Of a DNA stretch of 64,000 bases, positions 19,942-29,542 are shown piece after piece (position 1 is the first letter of the stretch; every line of letters starts with the position of its first letter). The notes beneath the pieces were generated by a model that had not been told where the DNA came from, ran no database searches, and was given only the letters and a program-made list of their open reading frames with translations. The position numbers and the translations under genes were made by a program. Source of the DNA: an uncultured Actinomycetes bacterium (GTDB taxonomy: Bacteria > Actinomycetota > Actinomycetes > S36-B12 > CAIYMF01); assembly GCA_963706875.1 (NCBI GenBank), contig CAVPNW010000019.1:73714-137713 (forward strand). Reading direction: 5' to 3'.

Positions 19942-20613
19942 ATGCAGATCGGGATCCTGGGCACGGGGATGGTGGGCCGCGCCCTGGCGGAGGGATTCGT
20001 CAGGACCGGGCACGACGTCTCGATGGGTACCCGCGACGTCCACGAGACCACGGTCCGCAAGCTTGACGGGGCGCCGGCGTCCTTCGCCGAGTGGCTAGCA
20101 GAGAACCCGTCGGTCGCACTGGCCGACTTCGGGTCGGTCGCTGGGGCCGCTGATCTGGTCGTCAACGCCACGAACGGCTCCGGCACCCTCGCCGCGCTGA
20201 CCGAGGCTGGAGCGGCGAACCTCGCCGGGAAGGTCCTGCTGGACGTCTCCAACCCGTTGGACTTCTCCAACGGGTTCCCTCCGACCCTGACGGTCAAGGA
20301 CACGGACTCCCTCGCCGAGCAGGTGCAGCGGGCGTTTCCCGAAGCCCGGGTGGTGAAGTCGCTGAACACGATGAACGCGACACTCATGACCCAACCGGGG
20401 CTGCTCCCCGAACCGACTTCCGTGTTCCTGTCCGGCGACGACCCGCAGGCCAAGGCCACCGTCGCCGGGCTGCTCGGCGAGTTCGGCTGGACCGACATCC
20501 TGGACCTCGGCGACATCACCACCGCCCGCGGACCGGAGATGTGGCTGCCGCTGTGGTTGCGCGTGATGGGGGCCGTCGGCGGCCCGATGTTCAACCTGCG
20601 GATCGTTCGGTAG
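19942..20613 (+). CDS. NAD(P)-binding oxidoreductase, NADPH-dependent F420-reductase-like
   Basis: MQIGILGTGMVGRALAEGF Rossmann start and ~220 aa length, typical of the NpdG/P5CR-like family. Confidence 0.7.
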   Translation: MQIGILGTGMVGRALAEGFVRTGHDVSMGTRDVHETTVRKLDGAPASFAEWLAENPSVALADFGSVAGAADLVVNATNGSGTLAALTEAGAANLAGKVLLDVSNPLDFSNGFPPTLTVKDTDSLAEQVQRAFPEARVVKSLNTMNATLMTQPGLLPEPTSVFLSGDDPQAKATVAGLLGEFGWTDILDLGDITTARGPEMWLPLWLRVMGAVGGPMFNLRIVR

Positions 20614-20640
20614 CGACCGGTACCCCGTCCCCCGCAGCGC

Positions 20641-21315
20641 TCAGCGGCGGCTGGCGATCAGGTCGAAGCTCGGGCGTCCGGCGGCGATCCCCCGGCGCTC
20701 GTAGCCGGTGATCGGGCGCCACTCGGGCCGAGCGATCAGCCCGGACCCGACGTCCAACAAGGGCTCGGCCGCGCACACCTCGAGCATCTGGTCGGCGTAG
20801 GGGGCGATGTCGGTGGCCAGGTGCAGCGTCCCGCCGGGCGCCAGCAGCCCAGCGGCCCGGTGGACGAACGCCGGCTGGACCAGGCGACGCTTGTGGTGCC
20901 GCACCTTCGGCCACGGATCCGGGAAGTACGCCCGGATGCCCGCGAGTGAGCCGGGGGCGAGGCGATCCATCAGCTCGACGGCATCCCCGATGCAGACGCG
21001 GACGTTCCCCAGCGACTCCCGCTCGGCGCCCGCCAGCAGCGCGCCGATCCCCGGGGTGTGCACGTCCACGGCCACGATCCCGGTGGCGGGGTCGGCCTGG
21101 GCCATCGCCAGGGTCGTCTCCCCCATCCCTGAGCCGATCTCCAGCACCACCGGACGCGGCGGGGCGAACGCGTCGCCGAGGTGCGAGGGTACGGTCTCGG
21201 CCTCGATCCCCCACCCGGGGAGCAGGCGGATCAGCGCCGAGGCAGCCGAGGGGGTCGTCCGGCTGCGGCGCGGGTGGAAGGTCCGTATCCGGTACGCCGG
21301 ACGGCCCTCAGACAT
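20641..21315 (-). CDS. trmB: tRNA (guanine46-N7)-methyltransferase
   Basis: VLEIGSGMGETTLAMA (SAM site) and FPDPWPKVRHHKRRL. Confidence 0.9.
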   Translation of the reverse strand: MSEGRPAYRIRTFHPRRSRTTPSAASALIRLLPGWGIEAETVPSHLGDAFAPPRPVVLEIGSGMGETTLAMAQADPATGIVAVDVHTPGIGALLAGAERESLGNVRVCIGDAVELMDRLAPGSLAGIRAYFPDPWPKVRHHKRRLVQPAFVHRAAGLLAPGGTLHLATDIAPYADQMLEVCAAEPLLDVGSGLIARPEWRPITGYERRGIAAGRPSFDLIASRR

Positions 21316-21393
21316 CGGGACCTATGGGCGGTTTGCCCGAGTTCGCGGTCAGGCATGGTTGCACGTGGTTGTCCCCGATCGACAGGAAGCAGC

Positions 21394-21807
21394 ATGAGCT
21401 CGACCATTATCGACTCCCCCGACGCCGGAACCATCGTCGCGGCGGCCCCGGACGTCGACGCACCCACCCACCACCGGCTCCACCGCGCCTGGCTGGTCAC
21501 CGTTGCCGTCGTGGCAGCGATCACCCTGGGCCTGACTCTCGCCTGGCAGGCCGCGGCCGGCACCTCCGAGCCGAGCACCCCGGCCTCGGGCAGCACCGAT
21601 GCCTCGGCGCCCGATGTCGTCCAGGCAGTGTCCACCGGAGCCGGACTCCTGGCCCTGGCGTGGGAGCTGGCACCGCCGTCGCAGCGCGAGGCAGCCTGCG
21701 CGCAGTTCGCCACAGATCCGGGCGCAGCGTGGGTGGCCTACAGCAGCGCCGCCCAGGACGTCGCCACGCGCGCGGAGTTCACCGCGTTCTTCAGCGCCGC
21801 CTGCTGA
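21394..21807 (+). CDS. Hypothetical membrane-anchored protein
   Basis: ATG at 21394 (MSSTIIDSP). It has one hydrophobic helix, WLVTVAVVAAITLGLTLAW, followed by a Cys-containing domain. I recognise no family. Confidence 0.45.
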   Translation: MSSTIIDSPDAGTIVAAAPDVDAPTHHRLHRAWLVTVAVVAAITLGLTLAWQAAAGTSEPSTPASGSTDASAPDVVQAVSTGAGLLALAWELAPPSQREAACAQFATDPGAAWVAYSSAAQDVATRAEFTAFFSAAC

Positions 21808-21936
21808 TCAGCCCACCGGGAGGGTCCCGGGCGACGCCAGCTCTGGCGTGCCGATCGGGCCGTGATCTCGAGCACGGTGCTCGTCCGCTGATCCGTCGGG
21901 AGCTCCAGGCAGCCCAGCGACGGGAGGCGTGCAGGA

Positions 21937-23115
21937 TCAGGCCCGGATCAACGCCGCGATGCCGCGGGCGGCCTCCTCAAGGAGATCCAGGTCGACGAGG
22001 TCCGGGGTGTCGGCACTGCTGTGCGTGACCTCCCGCATGAGGGTATCGAGATCCGAGGAGGTCAGCGCGATCGCGGGGCGCCCGGCCATCGCGAACACCA
22101 TGTGGTCACTCTGTGGCCAGCTCGGCCCCGCGACGAGCCCGTACGCCCGGAGGGGAGCCAGGTCCACCTGGTCGGCTGCCCCGTACGCGCTGAAGGCCGT
22201 CGGGCCCCCGCGGTACCCGGCTCCGTCGACGTTGATGGCCAGACGCACCTCGGTCAGGTCCGTGCTGCCCAGGTAGTGCATCTCACCGGGGGCGGCGTAG
22301 TGGTCCTCGCCGTTGACGAGGAGCAGCTCGACGCCGAGGTCCTCGGCGACGTCGGTGAGCAACTCCGCGACCCTGGCCAGGATCACGACACCCGTGGCGT
22401 TGTCGATGGCACCGGGGGTACCCGGCTTGGCGTCGATGTGGGCAACGACAGTGACTCGATCCGCCTGTCGGCCCCGACGGGCGACAATGTTGCGAGCCGT
22501 GGACGGCCAGCGCCGCGAGGACATGCGAAGGTCCACCGCACGGTCGGGGTCGGCACGTCCCAGGGCGGCGAGCAGTTCGGCACCGTCGACTTCGCGCAAG
22601 TTGCCCGTCGGCACCTGGAAGGCACCATCCTCGATGAGCGCGAACGGCTCGACAGCCCCGACCAGCTCCGGCGCGCGACCGGTCACGGCAAGGACAGCCA
22701 CGGCCCCGCACCCCTCGAGCAGCTCGACGATTCGGGTATCCCTGTCAGAGCCGTAGAACGGGTAGCCCTTGGGGGTCAGCGGCGCGGCCGCGAGCTCCCC
22801 GTGGAGCAGCAGGATCGCGCCCTCGTGGTCGGCGGCCAGGTCGTCCTCGCTGCACGCCGGATGCACCGGTGCGCTGCCCTGCCAGCCCAGCGAGTAGGGG
22901 CTGGGGCTCACCGGCCAGGAGGTTCCCTCGAGGTCGAGTTGGCCCGCAGAGCCAGACCAGCAGACGACGGGGAACTCGGGGGTCTCCACCTGCCAGCCAA
23001 GACCGGTCAACAGGCCAGCGACGAGGTCCACGGACTCCTGGTTGCCAGGGCCTCCGGGTCGACGGTCGGGCTGCACGGAGCAGAGGCGGTGGAGCAGGTC
23101 GGCCAGATCGAGCAT
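21937..23115 (-). CDS. M28-family Zn aminopeptidase-like protein
   Basis: VVAHIDAKPGTPGAIDNATGVVILARVAELL. ATG at 23115 preceded by GGAGG. Confidence 0.75.
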   Translation of the reverse strand: MLDLADLLHRLCSVQPDRRPGGPGNQESVDLVAGLLTGLGWQVETPEFPVVCWSGSAGQLDLEGTSWPVSPSPYSLGWQGSAPVHPACSEDDLAADHEGAILLLHGELAAAPLTPKGYPFYGSDRDTRIVELLEGCGAVAVLAVTGRAPELVGAVEPFALIEDGAFQVPTGNLREVDGAELLAALGRADPDRAVDLRMSSRRWPSTARNIVARRGRQADRVTVVAHIDAKPGTPGAIDNATGVVILARVAELLTDVAEDLGVELLLVNGEDHYAAPGEMHYLGSTDLTEVRLAINVDGAGYRGGPTAFSAYGAADQVDLAPLRAYGLVAGPSWPQSDHMVFAMAGRPAIALTSSDLDTLMREVTHSSADTPDLVDLDLLEEAARGIAALIRA

Positions 23116-23223
23116 GGAGCACCTCCGCCCCCATCCTGCCCCGTCCCCGGCGCATGACCCGACGGCGGGGCCGAGACTGTCTCCGAACACGTCAAAGGCC
23201 GGCACTTGAGCACGTGCACGACG

Positions 23224-23253
23224 AAGGCCGGCTCCCACGACGGGAACCGGCCT
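23224..23253 (-). terminator. Hairpin downstream of tRNA-Asn
   Basis: AAGGCCGGCTCCC / GGGAACCGGCCT arms form an ~11-bp stem (one G-U) that begins 17 nt after the tRNA 3' end on the minus strand. Confidence 0.4.
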
Positions 23254-23269
23254 CTGACCTGCTGCGATG

Positions 23270-23342
23270 CTCCCCCATCTGGACTCGAACCAGAAACCTA
23301 TCGGTTAACAGCCGAACGCTCTGCCAATTGAGCTATGGGGGA
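23270..23342 (-). tRNA. tRNA-Asn (anticodon GTT)
   Basis: Reverse complement reads TCCCCCATAGCTCAATTGGCAGAGCGTTCGGCTGTTAACCGATAGGTTTCTGGTTCGAGTCCAGATGGGGGAG. The 7-bp acceptor stem is TCCCCCA/TGGGGGA. It has D-loop AGCTCAATTGGCAGAGC, anticodon loop CTGTTAA and T-loop GGTTCGAGTCC. CCA is not encoded. Confidence 0.95.
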
Positions 23343-23440
23343 TCGAACGCCAGAAGGATAGCAACCCCCACCGCTGCCGCCCAAACCGCGACAGGGCCTC
23401 GCGCGAGAGCGAGCTCGCCCACCCCCGCCTGGTCAGGCCC

Positions 23441-23944
23441 TCACACCCCCAGCTGCCCCCGCAGCTCTGTGAGCGCCGCATCGGCAGCCGCCCGCCAGCC
23501 CGGGTCACGGGGGTCGATGGCCGGATCGAACACGACAGCCCACCTGACCTCACCGGTCTGCGGCGAGCGGCGCGCGTTGAGCATGGCCCACCCCGTCCGG
23601 CCATCGGGATGGACCAGCTCCGCCGGGTTCGAGGCCACCACCGTCCACTGCACGCGTTCCTTCACGACCGAGGGGACCTGACCCGGCTCGTCGAACCGCA
23701 GCCGAAGCTGCTGGCTCGCGGCTCCCGGGGCGGCCTGCACCACGAGGTCGAGGAACTCCTCGGACCATGCTCCCCTGACCACGAGATCCCAGGGGACCCG
23801 GCCGTCCTCGGGCATGTGGATCGCCAGGTCCGTGCAGACCACGACCTGCCCGTCGACGAGCGCGCCCCACGCCAGGAGCCGCTCCCCCGACGCGCCGGTG
23901 AGCACCTCGGCCACGCGCGGATCGACCTCTCGACGCCAGCGCAT
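23441..23944 (-). CDS. Hypothetical protein translationally coupled to dnaG
   Basis: 167-aa ORF with native-looking composition. Its ATG overlaps the dnaG stop by 1 nt (TGATG). Confidence 0.6.
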   Translation of the reverse strand: MRWRREVDPRVAEVLTGASGERLLAWGALVDGQVVVCTDLAIHMPEDGRVPWDLVVRGAWSEEFLDLVVQAAPGAASQQLRLRFDEPGQVPSVVKERVQWTVVASNPAELVHPDGRTGWAMLNARRSPQTGEVRWAVVFDPAIDPRDPGWRAAADAALTELRGQLGV

Positions 23945-25977
23945 CAGTCCTCAGCCTGCCCCACCTGGGCCAGCTCCCGGCGATAGGCCTCCAGGGCCAT
24001 GACGTCGGCGAAGACCGCAGCCGCCTGGTCGGCCTGGCCGATCTGGTCGAGCTGCCCCAGCTCGCGCTTCAGATCGGCCATCCGCCGGCCCGCCTCGTCG
24101 GAGAGCAGCCGGGCGACGATGGACGTCGCGTAGCGGCCTGAAGGCTCCCCGGAGGTCACCAGTGGCTCGACCGCGAGCTCGCGGACCAGGCCGCGGACCG
24201 TGTCGTCCGGGCAAGCCGTCATCACGGCGTCCATCCACTCCTGCCCCCCGGTGCGCCCGTTCGGTCCACCCGCTGCCACGAGCGCCTGCTGCACCTCGGC
24301 GTAGCGCGGGTGCCGGAAGGACCCGGTCTGGACGGAGTCGAACCAGTCGCCGACGAGGTCCGGCACCTGCAGGACGCACTTGAGCGACTCCCGCTCCACG
24401 AACAGGCCCGGGTCACGAGGGTTCGGCCGCGGGGCGCGCTCCGGGGTGGCCACAGTGGCGGGCTGGTCGCTGTCCCCGTTGGGAGCCCGGTGGTCCGGTG
24501 TCGCCCCGTCGCCCGCCGAACCGCCATCCGCAGGCCCCACCCCGGCCCCAACGCCGGAGCGTCCCGGCCCGGGCGCGCTGCCGCCGGCACCTTCGCCGCC
24601 ACGGCCACCACCGCGGGAGCCCGCCGACCCTGCGGCCCGGGCCGTCGTCGCCCCGGCGCGCCCTGCCGCCTTCACCGCCGCACGGACGTCGCCCTCGGGC
24701 ACCCCGACCCAGCCCGACAACAGCCGCGCGTACTCCGGACGCAGCGCGGCATCGCGGATCCGGGCCACCAGCGGAGCCGCCTTGCGCACGGCCGCCACCC
24801 GCCCCTCGGCCGTGGTGAGGTCGAACCCGGCCACCGCTGAGCGGATGGCGAAGGCGAACAGCGGAGTTCGCGAGGCCACCAGCTCGCGCACCGCAGCATC
24901 GCCGCTGGCCAGGCGCAGCTCGCAGGGGTCCATGTTGTCCGGGGAGATCGCGATGAACGTCTGTGCGACGAAGCGCTGGTCGCCCTCGAACGCCCGAAGA
25001 GCAGCCTTCTGGCCCGCAGCATCGCCGTCGAAGGTGAACACGACCTCGCCGCCGAACGTGTCGTCGTCCATCAGGTAGCGACGCAGCAATGACGCGTGGT
25101 CGGAGCCGAAGGCCGTCCCGCAGGTGGCCACGGCAGTCGTCACGCCGGCAAGGTGCGCGGCCATCACGTCGGTGTACCCCTCGACGACCACCACCTGCTT
25201 GAGCTTGCCGATGTCGCGGCGGGCCAGGTCGATCCCGTAGAGGACGTGGGACTTCTTGTAGAGCGCAGTCTCGGGGGTGTTCAGGTACTTCGGGCCCTCA
25301 TCGTCGTCGAACAGCTTGCGGGCGCCGAACCCCAGGACGTCCCCGGAGGCGTCGCGGATGGGCCAGACCAGGCGACCCCGGAAGCGGTCGTAGGTGCCAC
25401 GCTGGCCCTGCGAGACGAGGCCCGCCGCCAGGATCTCCGCGTCGGTGAATCCCGACGAACGCAGGTGCCCGAGCAGGCCGTCCCACGACTTCGGCGCGAA
25501 GCCCACACCGAAGTGCTCGCACGCTGCGGCATCGAATCCGCGCTCGGTCAGGAACTGCCGCCCGATCGAGGCCTCGGGCGAGGCCAGCGCCTGCACGTAG
25601 TAGGAGGCCGCGATCTTGTTGGCCTGCGCCAGGCGCTGGCGGTTGGGACCCGTGCGGTTGGGACCTACGCCGTCCTCGTAGCGCAGCGTCACGCCCGCCC
25701 GATCGGCGAGCTTCTCGATGGCCTCGGTGAAGGTCAAGTGGTCGTGCTTCATCAGGAAGTCGACGACATCACCCCCCTCACCGCACCCGAAGCAGTAGTA
25801 CAGGCCCCGAGCCGGGGTGACGTGGAAGCTCGGCGAGCGCTCGTCATGGAACGGGCACAGCCCCTTGAGCGACCCCGCGCCCGCCGAGCGCAGGGTCACG
25901 ACCTCGCCGATCACCGCATCGACCCGCACCCGCTCGCGCACCAGCGCCACGTCCTCCGTGCGCACGCGACCTGCCAT
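23944..25977 (-). CDS. dnaG: DNA primase
   Basis: Zinc finger CPFHDERSPSFHV...YYCFGCGEGGD and TOPRIM motifs VVVVEGYTDVMA and FDGDAAGQKAA. I prefer the ATG at 25977 (MAGRVRTEDV). Confidence 0.95.
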   Translation of the reverse strand: MAGRVRTEDVALVRERVRVDAVIGEVVTLRSAGAGSLKGLCPFHDERSPSFHVTPARGLYYCFGCGEGGDVVDFLMKHDHLTFTEAIEKLADRAGVTLRYEDGVGPNRTGPNRQRLAQANKIAASYYVQALASPEASIGRQFLTERGFDAAACEHFGVGFAPKSWDGLLGHLRSSGFTDAEILAAGLVSQGQRGTYDRFRGRLVWPIRDASGDVLGFGARKLFDDDEGPKYLNTPETALYKKSHVLYGIDLARRDIGKLKQVVVVEGYTDVMAAHLAGVTTAVATCGTAFGSDHASLLRRYLMDDDTFGGEVVFTFDGDAAGQKAALRAFEGDQRFVAQTFIAISPDNMDPCELRLASGDAAVRELVASRTPLFAFAIRSAVAGFDLTTAEGRVAAVRKAAPLVARIRDAALRPEYARLLSGWVGVPEGDVRAAVKAAGRAGATTARAAGSAGSRGGGRGGEGAGGSAPGPGRSGVGAGVGPADGGSAGDGATPDHRAPNGDSDQPATVATPERAPRPNPRDPGLFVERESLKCVLQVPDLVGDWFDSVQTGSFRHPRYAEVQQALVAAGGPNGRTGGQEWMDAVMTACPDDTVRGLVRELAVEPLVTSGEPSGRYATSIVARLLSDEAGRRMADLKRELGQLDQIGQADQAAAVFADVMALEAYRRELAQVGQAED

Positions 25978-26111
25978 GGTGCGCATCCTAGGGACGCCCG
26001 CCGACACCGGCCGTACGCACCCGCGTCACAGGCAGCCGCTCCCGGCCGATTCACCCCAGCGCGAACGCGTCGCACCGGTCCGCAGCACCCGACGCATGGG
26101 AGGATCCACCC

Positions 26112-26759
26112 ATGACAGCCCCCGCCGTGCTCCTCCTCGAGTGGAGTCCTGGGCGGCCCGACCGCTCCCGGCGAACGCGTGCCCGCCGCCGCTTCGTCGC
26201 CCTCGTGATCACAGTGGCCGCTGTCACGGCCGCCATCCCCGCCGGGGCCGTCGCCGACGTGCTGCGCTGGTCCGGCGTCGATGACCGGACCCCCACGGAC
26301 GCCATCGTCGTCCTGGGCGCCGCGCAGTACCAGGGCGCGCCATCCCCGGTCCTGGCCAACCGCCTGGCCCACGCACACGAGCTGGTCAACGCGGGCGTCA
26401 GCGACCGGGTGATCACCGTCGGCGGGTTCCAGCCAGGTGACATCACCTCCGAGGCCCAGACCGGCAAGGAGGAGCTCGTCGCCGACGGCATGCGTCGCGC
26501 CCAGGTCATCGCCCTGCCGTTCGGCGAGAACACCGAGGAGTCGATGAAGGCGGTCGCCGCGATCGTGAAGTCCGAGGGCCTGGAATCCGTGACCCTCGTG
26601 ACCGACCCGGCGCACTCCGCACGTGCCCACGCCCTCGCCGTCCAGTTCGGGCTCGACGCCCACGTCTCGGCCACCACAGAGGGCCCTGGGACCACCGTCA
26701 CCAGTGAGTACCTGCTTCGCGAGTCCGCCGGGCTCATCACGGTCTGGCTCGACCGCTAG
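26112..26759 (+). CDS. DUF218 / YdcF-ElyC-family protein
   Basis: N-terminal helix, then [28 protein letters not shown]...VITVGG...TEESM...[13 protein letters not shown]. Confidence 0.7.
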   Translation: MTAPAVLLLEWSPGRPDRSRRTRARRRFVALVITVAAVTAAIPAGAVADVLRWSGVDDRTPTDAIVVLGAAQYQGAPSPVLANRLAHAHELVNAGVSDRVITVGGFQPGDITSEAQTGKEELVADGMRRAQVIALPFGENTEESMKAVAAIVKSEGLESVTLVTDPAHSARAHALAVQFGLDAHVSATTEGPGTTVTSEYLLRESAGLITVWLDR

Positions 26760-26860
26760 CCGCAGGTGGGTTGATCCCGTCCGGTCAGACGGCTGGCGTG
26801 TCCGTGGTGGCACACGAGCGCACCACGGAACCTCCCGCTCGCCGGTAGAGTCGTGGCGCT

Positions 26861-28123
26861 ATGGGCCGAGTCGCGGAGTTGGTGGCGCCTGCCCGGATGG
26901 GCCGCAGCTTCCGGTGGCTGTTGGCGTCGAGCTGGGTCGGCAACCTCGGCGACGGGATCGTGCTGGCCGCCGGTCCTCTGCTGGTCGCATCCCTGACCCG
27001 CAGCCCCATGCTCGTCGCTCTGACCGCGATCGCCCAGCGGCTGCCCTGGCTGCTGCTGGGCCTGTACGCCGGCGCCGTGGCCGACCGGGTCGACCGCCGC
27101 CGCCTGGTCGTCGCCGCCAACACGGCTCGAGCCGTGGTCGTCGCGCTGCTGTGCCTGTCGATCGCCACCGACCAGGTGACCATCGGCCTGGTCCTGATCG
27201 CAATGCTGGCCCTGGGCATCTGCGAGGTCTTCGCCGACACGACGTCGTCAACGCTGCTGCCGATGCTCATTGGACCCAAGGATCTGGGCCTGGGCAACGC
27301 CCGCCTGCAGAGCAGCTATCTCCTGGCCAACCAGATCATCGGCCCACCCGTCGGGGCGTTCCTGTTCGCCGTCGGGATGGTCTGGCCGTTCGTGGCGCAG
27401 TTCCTCCTGACGGTGTCGGCCGTGGTGCTGGTCGCGCGGATCGCCATCCCATCCGGCGGGGTCCGGGGAACGCCAGACACCTCGGTGATGCGCGACATCC
27501 GACAAGGCATCCGTTGGGTCGTGCACAACGATCCCGTGAGGACCCTCGGGCTGATCATCGTGGCCTTCAACATCACGTGGGGCGCGGCCTGGTCGGTACT
27601 GGTGCTCTACGCGCTGGACCACCTGCGTATGGGCCCCCTGGGATTCGGGCTGCTCACGACGGCGGCCGCGGTCGGCGGACTGGTCAGCACGGCCGCCTAC
27701 GGCCGGATCGAGCGGCGGTTCGACCTTGCCACGGTGATGCGGACATGCCTGCTCCTCGAGGTCCTGACCCACCTCGCGCTCGCCCTCGCCCCGACGGGGT
27801 GGGCGGCGCTGCTGATCATGGTCGTGTTCGGCGCCTATGCGTTCGTGTGGGCCGCGGTCTCCACCACCGTGAGGCAGCGGGCTACCCCTACGCACCTGCA
27901 GGGCCGTGTCGCCAGCGTGTACATGGTTGGCTTCTTCGGCGGCCTGATCGTGGGGCAGGCGCTCGGTGGGATGATCGCGTCCCGGTGGGGGCTGACCGCG
28001 CCGTTCTGGTTCGCCTTCATCGGAGCCGGCCTCACCCTCGCCCTGGTCTGGAGCCAGCTCGACCACATCGCCCACGCAGAGGCACCTCCAGGAGCCGACA
28101 CGGATGCACCCGGGGCGAGCTAG
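26861..28123 (+). CDS. MFS transporter
   Basis: 420 aa with about 12 hydrophobic segments and the start [33 protein letters not shown], typical of MFS_3-like exporters. Confidence 0.8.
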   Translation: MGRVAELVAPARMGRSFRWLLASSWVGNLGDGIVLAAGPLLVASLTRSPMLVALTAIAQRLPWLLLGLYAGAVADRVDRRRLVVAANTARAVVVALLCLSIATDQVTIGLVLIAMLALGICEVFADTTSSTLLPMLIGPKDLGLGNARLQSSYLLANQIIGPPVGAFLFAVGMVWPFVAQFLLTVSAVVLVARIAIPSGGVRGTPDTSVMRDIRQGIRWVVHNDPVRTLGLIIVAFNITWGAAWSVLVLYALDHLRMGPLGFGLLTTAAAVGGLVSTAAYGRIERRFDLATVMRTCLLLEVLTHLALALAPTGWAALLIMVVFGAYAFVWAAVSTTVRQRATPTHLQGRVASVYMVGFFGGLIVGQALGGMIASRWGLTAPFWFAFIGAGLTLALVWSQLDHIAHAEAPPGADTDAPGAS

Positions 28124-28176
28124 GGCCGGCATCGATCCCCACACGGGTCGCCCCTCCCGCGGGAACCCCCGACCCC

Positions 28177-29478
28177 ATGGGCATCCCCGCGTTGGCGATG
28201 CGCCTCGCGGACTCCTACGGTGGGGGCGTGCCAGTGCCCGGTTACTCCCTCGCCGATGAGCAGCGCTGGTCCGATGAGCCACCCAAGCGCCCCACTCGTT
28301 CAGCGTTCGCGCGCGACCGGGCCCGCGTCCTGCACTGTGCCGCATGGCGGCGGCTGGCAGCCAAGACCCAGGTGATGATCGCCGGCGAGGGCGACTTCCC
28401 CCGGACCCGGATGACCCACTCCCTGGAGGTCGCCCAGGTGGGGCGCGAGCTGGGCGCCGCCCTGGGTTGCGACGCCGACCTCGTGGAGGCTGCCTGCCTG
28501 GCCCACGACCTCGGCCATCCGCCGTTCGGCCACAACGGCGAGGACGCCCTCGACGCCCTGTGCGCGGACATCGGTGGCTTCGAGGGCAACGCCCAGACCC
28601 TGCGGATCCTGACCCGGCTGGAGGCCAAGGCGTTCGGTGATCCCGAGGGCCTCGGTCATGAGCGCTCGGTGGGCCTCAACCTGACCAGGGCCGCTCTGGA
28701 CGCCGCGACCAAGTACCCGTGGCCCCGTAACCCGGACACCCGCAAGTTCGGCGTGTACGACGACGACCTGCCCGTGTTCGAGTGGATGCGGGAAGGGGCC
28801 CCGGTGCAGCGTCGATCCTTCGAGGCCCAGGTCATGGACTGGGCTGACGACGTCGCGTACAGCGTCCACGATGTGGAGGACGGGATCCACGCCGGACTGA
28901 TCGACCTGACCGCCCTGCAGGACCGTGGTACCTCGACGGCGATCTGTGAGCTCGTCGCCCAGGCCTACCTGCCGGGCACGGACCCGGCCGACCTGGCGAC
29001 CGCACTGGACCGACTCGTCGGGTCCCCCGCCTGGCCGGCCGGGTACTCGCACTACACCGGGAGCCTGCGCGACCTGGCCGCGCTCAAGGACCTGACCAGC
29101 CAGCTCATCGGCCGATTCACCTCTGCGGCCGAGAGTGCCACCCGGGCCGCGCACCCGCAGGCCCAGCTGACGCGGTACGCCGGATCCCTCGAGGTACCAG
29201 CCGAGATCCGCCACGAGGTGGGCGTGCTCAAGGGCATCGCCAACCTGTTCGTCATGCAGCGCAGCGGCTCCAAGCGCTCCTACGAGCGCCAGCGCTCGAT
29301 GATCGCCGAGCTGGTGGGCGCCCTGTCCGCCTCGGCCCCGCAGAGCCTCGAGCCGCACTTCCGGCCGACCTGGGGCAACGCCCCCGACGACACGGCACGG
29401 CTGCGCGTGGTCGTCGACCAGGTCGCCAGCCTGACCGACATCTCAGTCGTCACCTGGCACAAGCGCCACTGCCGCTGA
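28177..29478 (+). CDS. dgt: dGTP triphosphohydrolase-like HD-domain protein
   Basis: The C-terminal 433 codons of ORF 26623..29478. Motifs [36 protein letters not shown] and [14 protein letters not shown]. The start is uncertain; ATG 28177 and ATG 28198 are both possible. Confidence 0.88.
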   Translation: MGIPALAMRLADSYGGGVPVPGYSLADEQRWSDEPPKRPTRSAFARDRARVLHCAAWRRLAAKTQVMIAGEGDFPRTRMTHSLEVAQVGRELGAALGCDADLVEAACLAHDLGHPPFGHNGEDALDALCADIGGFEGNAQTLRILTRLEAKAFGDPEGLGHERSVGLNLTRAALDAATKYPWPRNPDTRKFGVYDDDLPVFEWMREGAPVQRRSFEAQVMDWADDVAYSVHDVEDGIHAGLIDLTALQDRGTSTAICELVAQAYLPGTDPADLATALDRLVGSPAWPAGYSHYTGSLRDLAALKDLTSQLIGRFTSAAESATRAAHPQAQLTRYAGSLEVPAEIRHEVGVLKGIANLFVMQRSGSKRSYERQRSMIAELVGALSASAPQSLEPHFRPTWGNAPDDTARLRVVVDQVASLTDISVVTWHKRHCR

Positions 29479-29491
29479 GCGGGCGAACATG

Positions 29492-29530
29492 CCGGTGGCG
29501 CCGACCCCTCGAGGGAGCCGACGCCACCGG
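29492..29530. terminator. GC-rich hairpin between convergent dgt and ppdK
   Basis: CCGGTGGCG (29492-29500) pairs perfectly with CGCCACCGG (29522-29530). The interior pairs only partly and there is no T-tract. Confidence 0.35.
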
Positions 29531-29542
29531 GACGAGCGTGGG

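Noticed and set aside
26623-29478. 951-aa ORF that would fuse the MFS region to dgt
   Set aside because: The first ~518 codons are an out-of-frame Arg/Pro/Gly-rich reading across the MFS transporter gene. Only the C-terminal part, from about 28177, has HD-domain dGTPase sequence.
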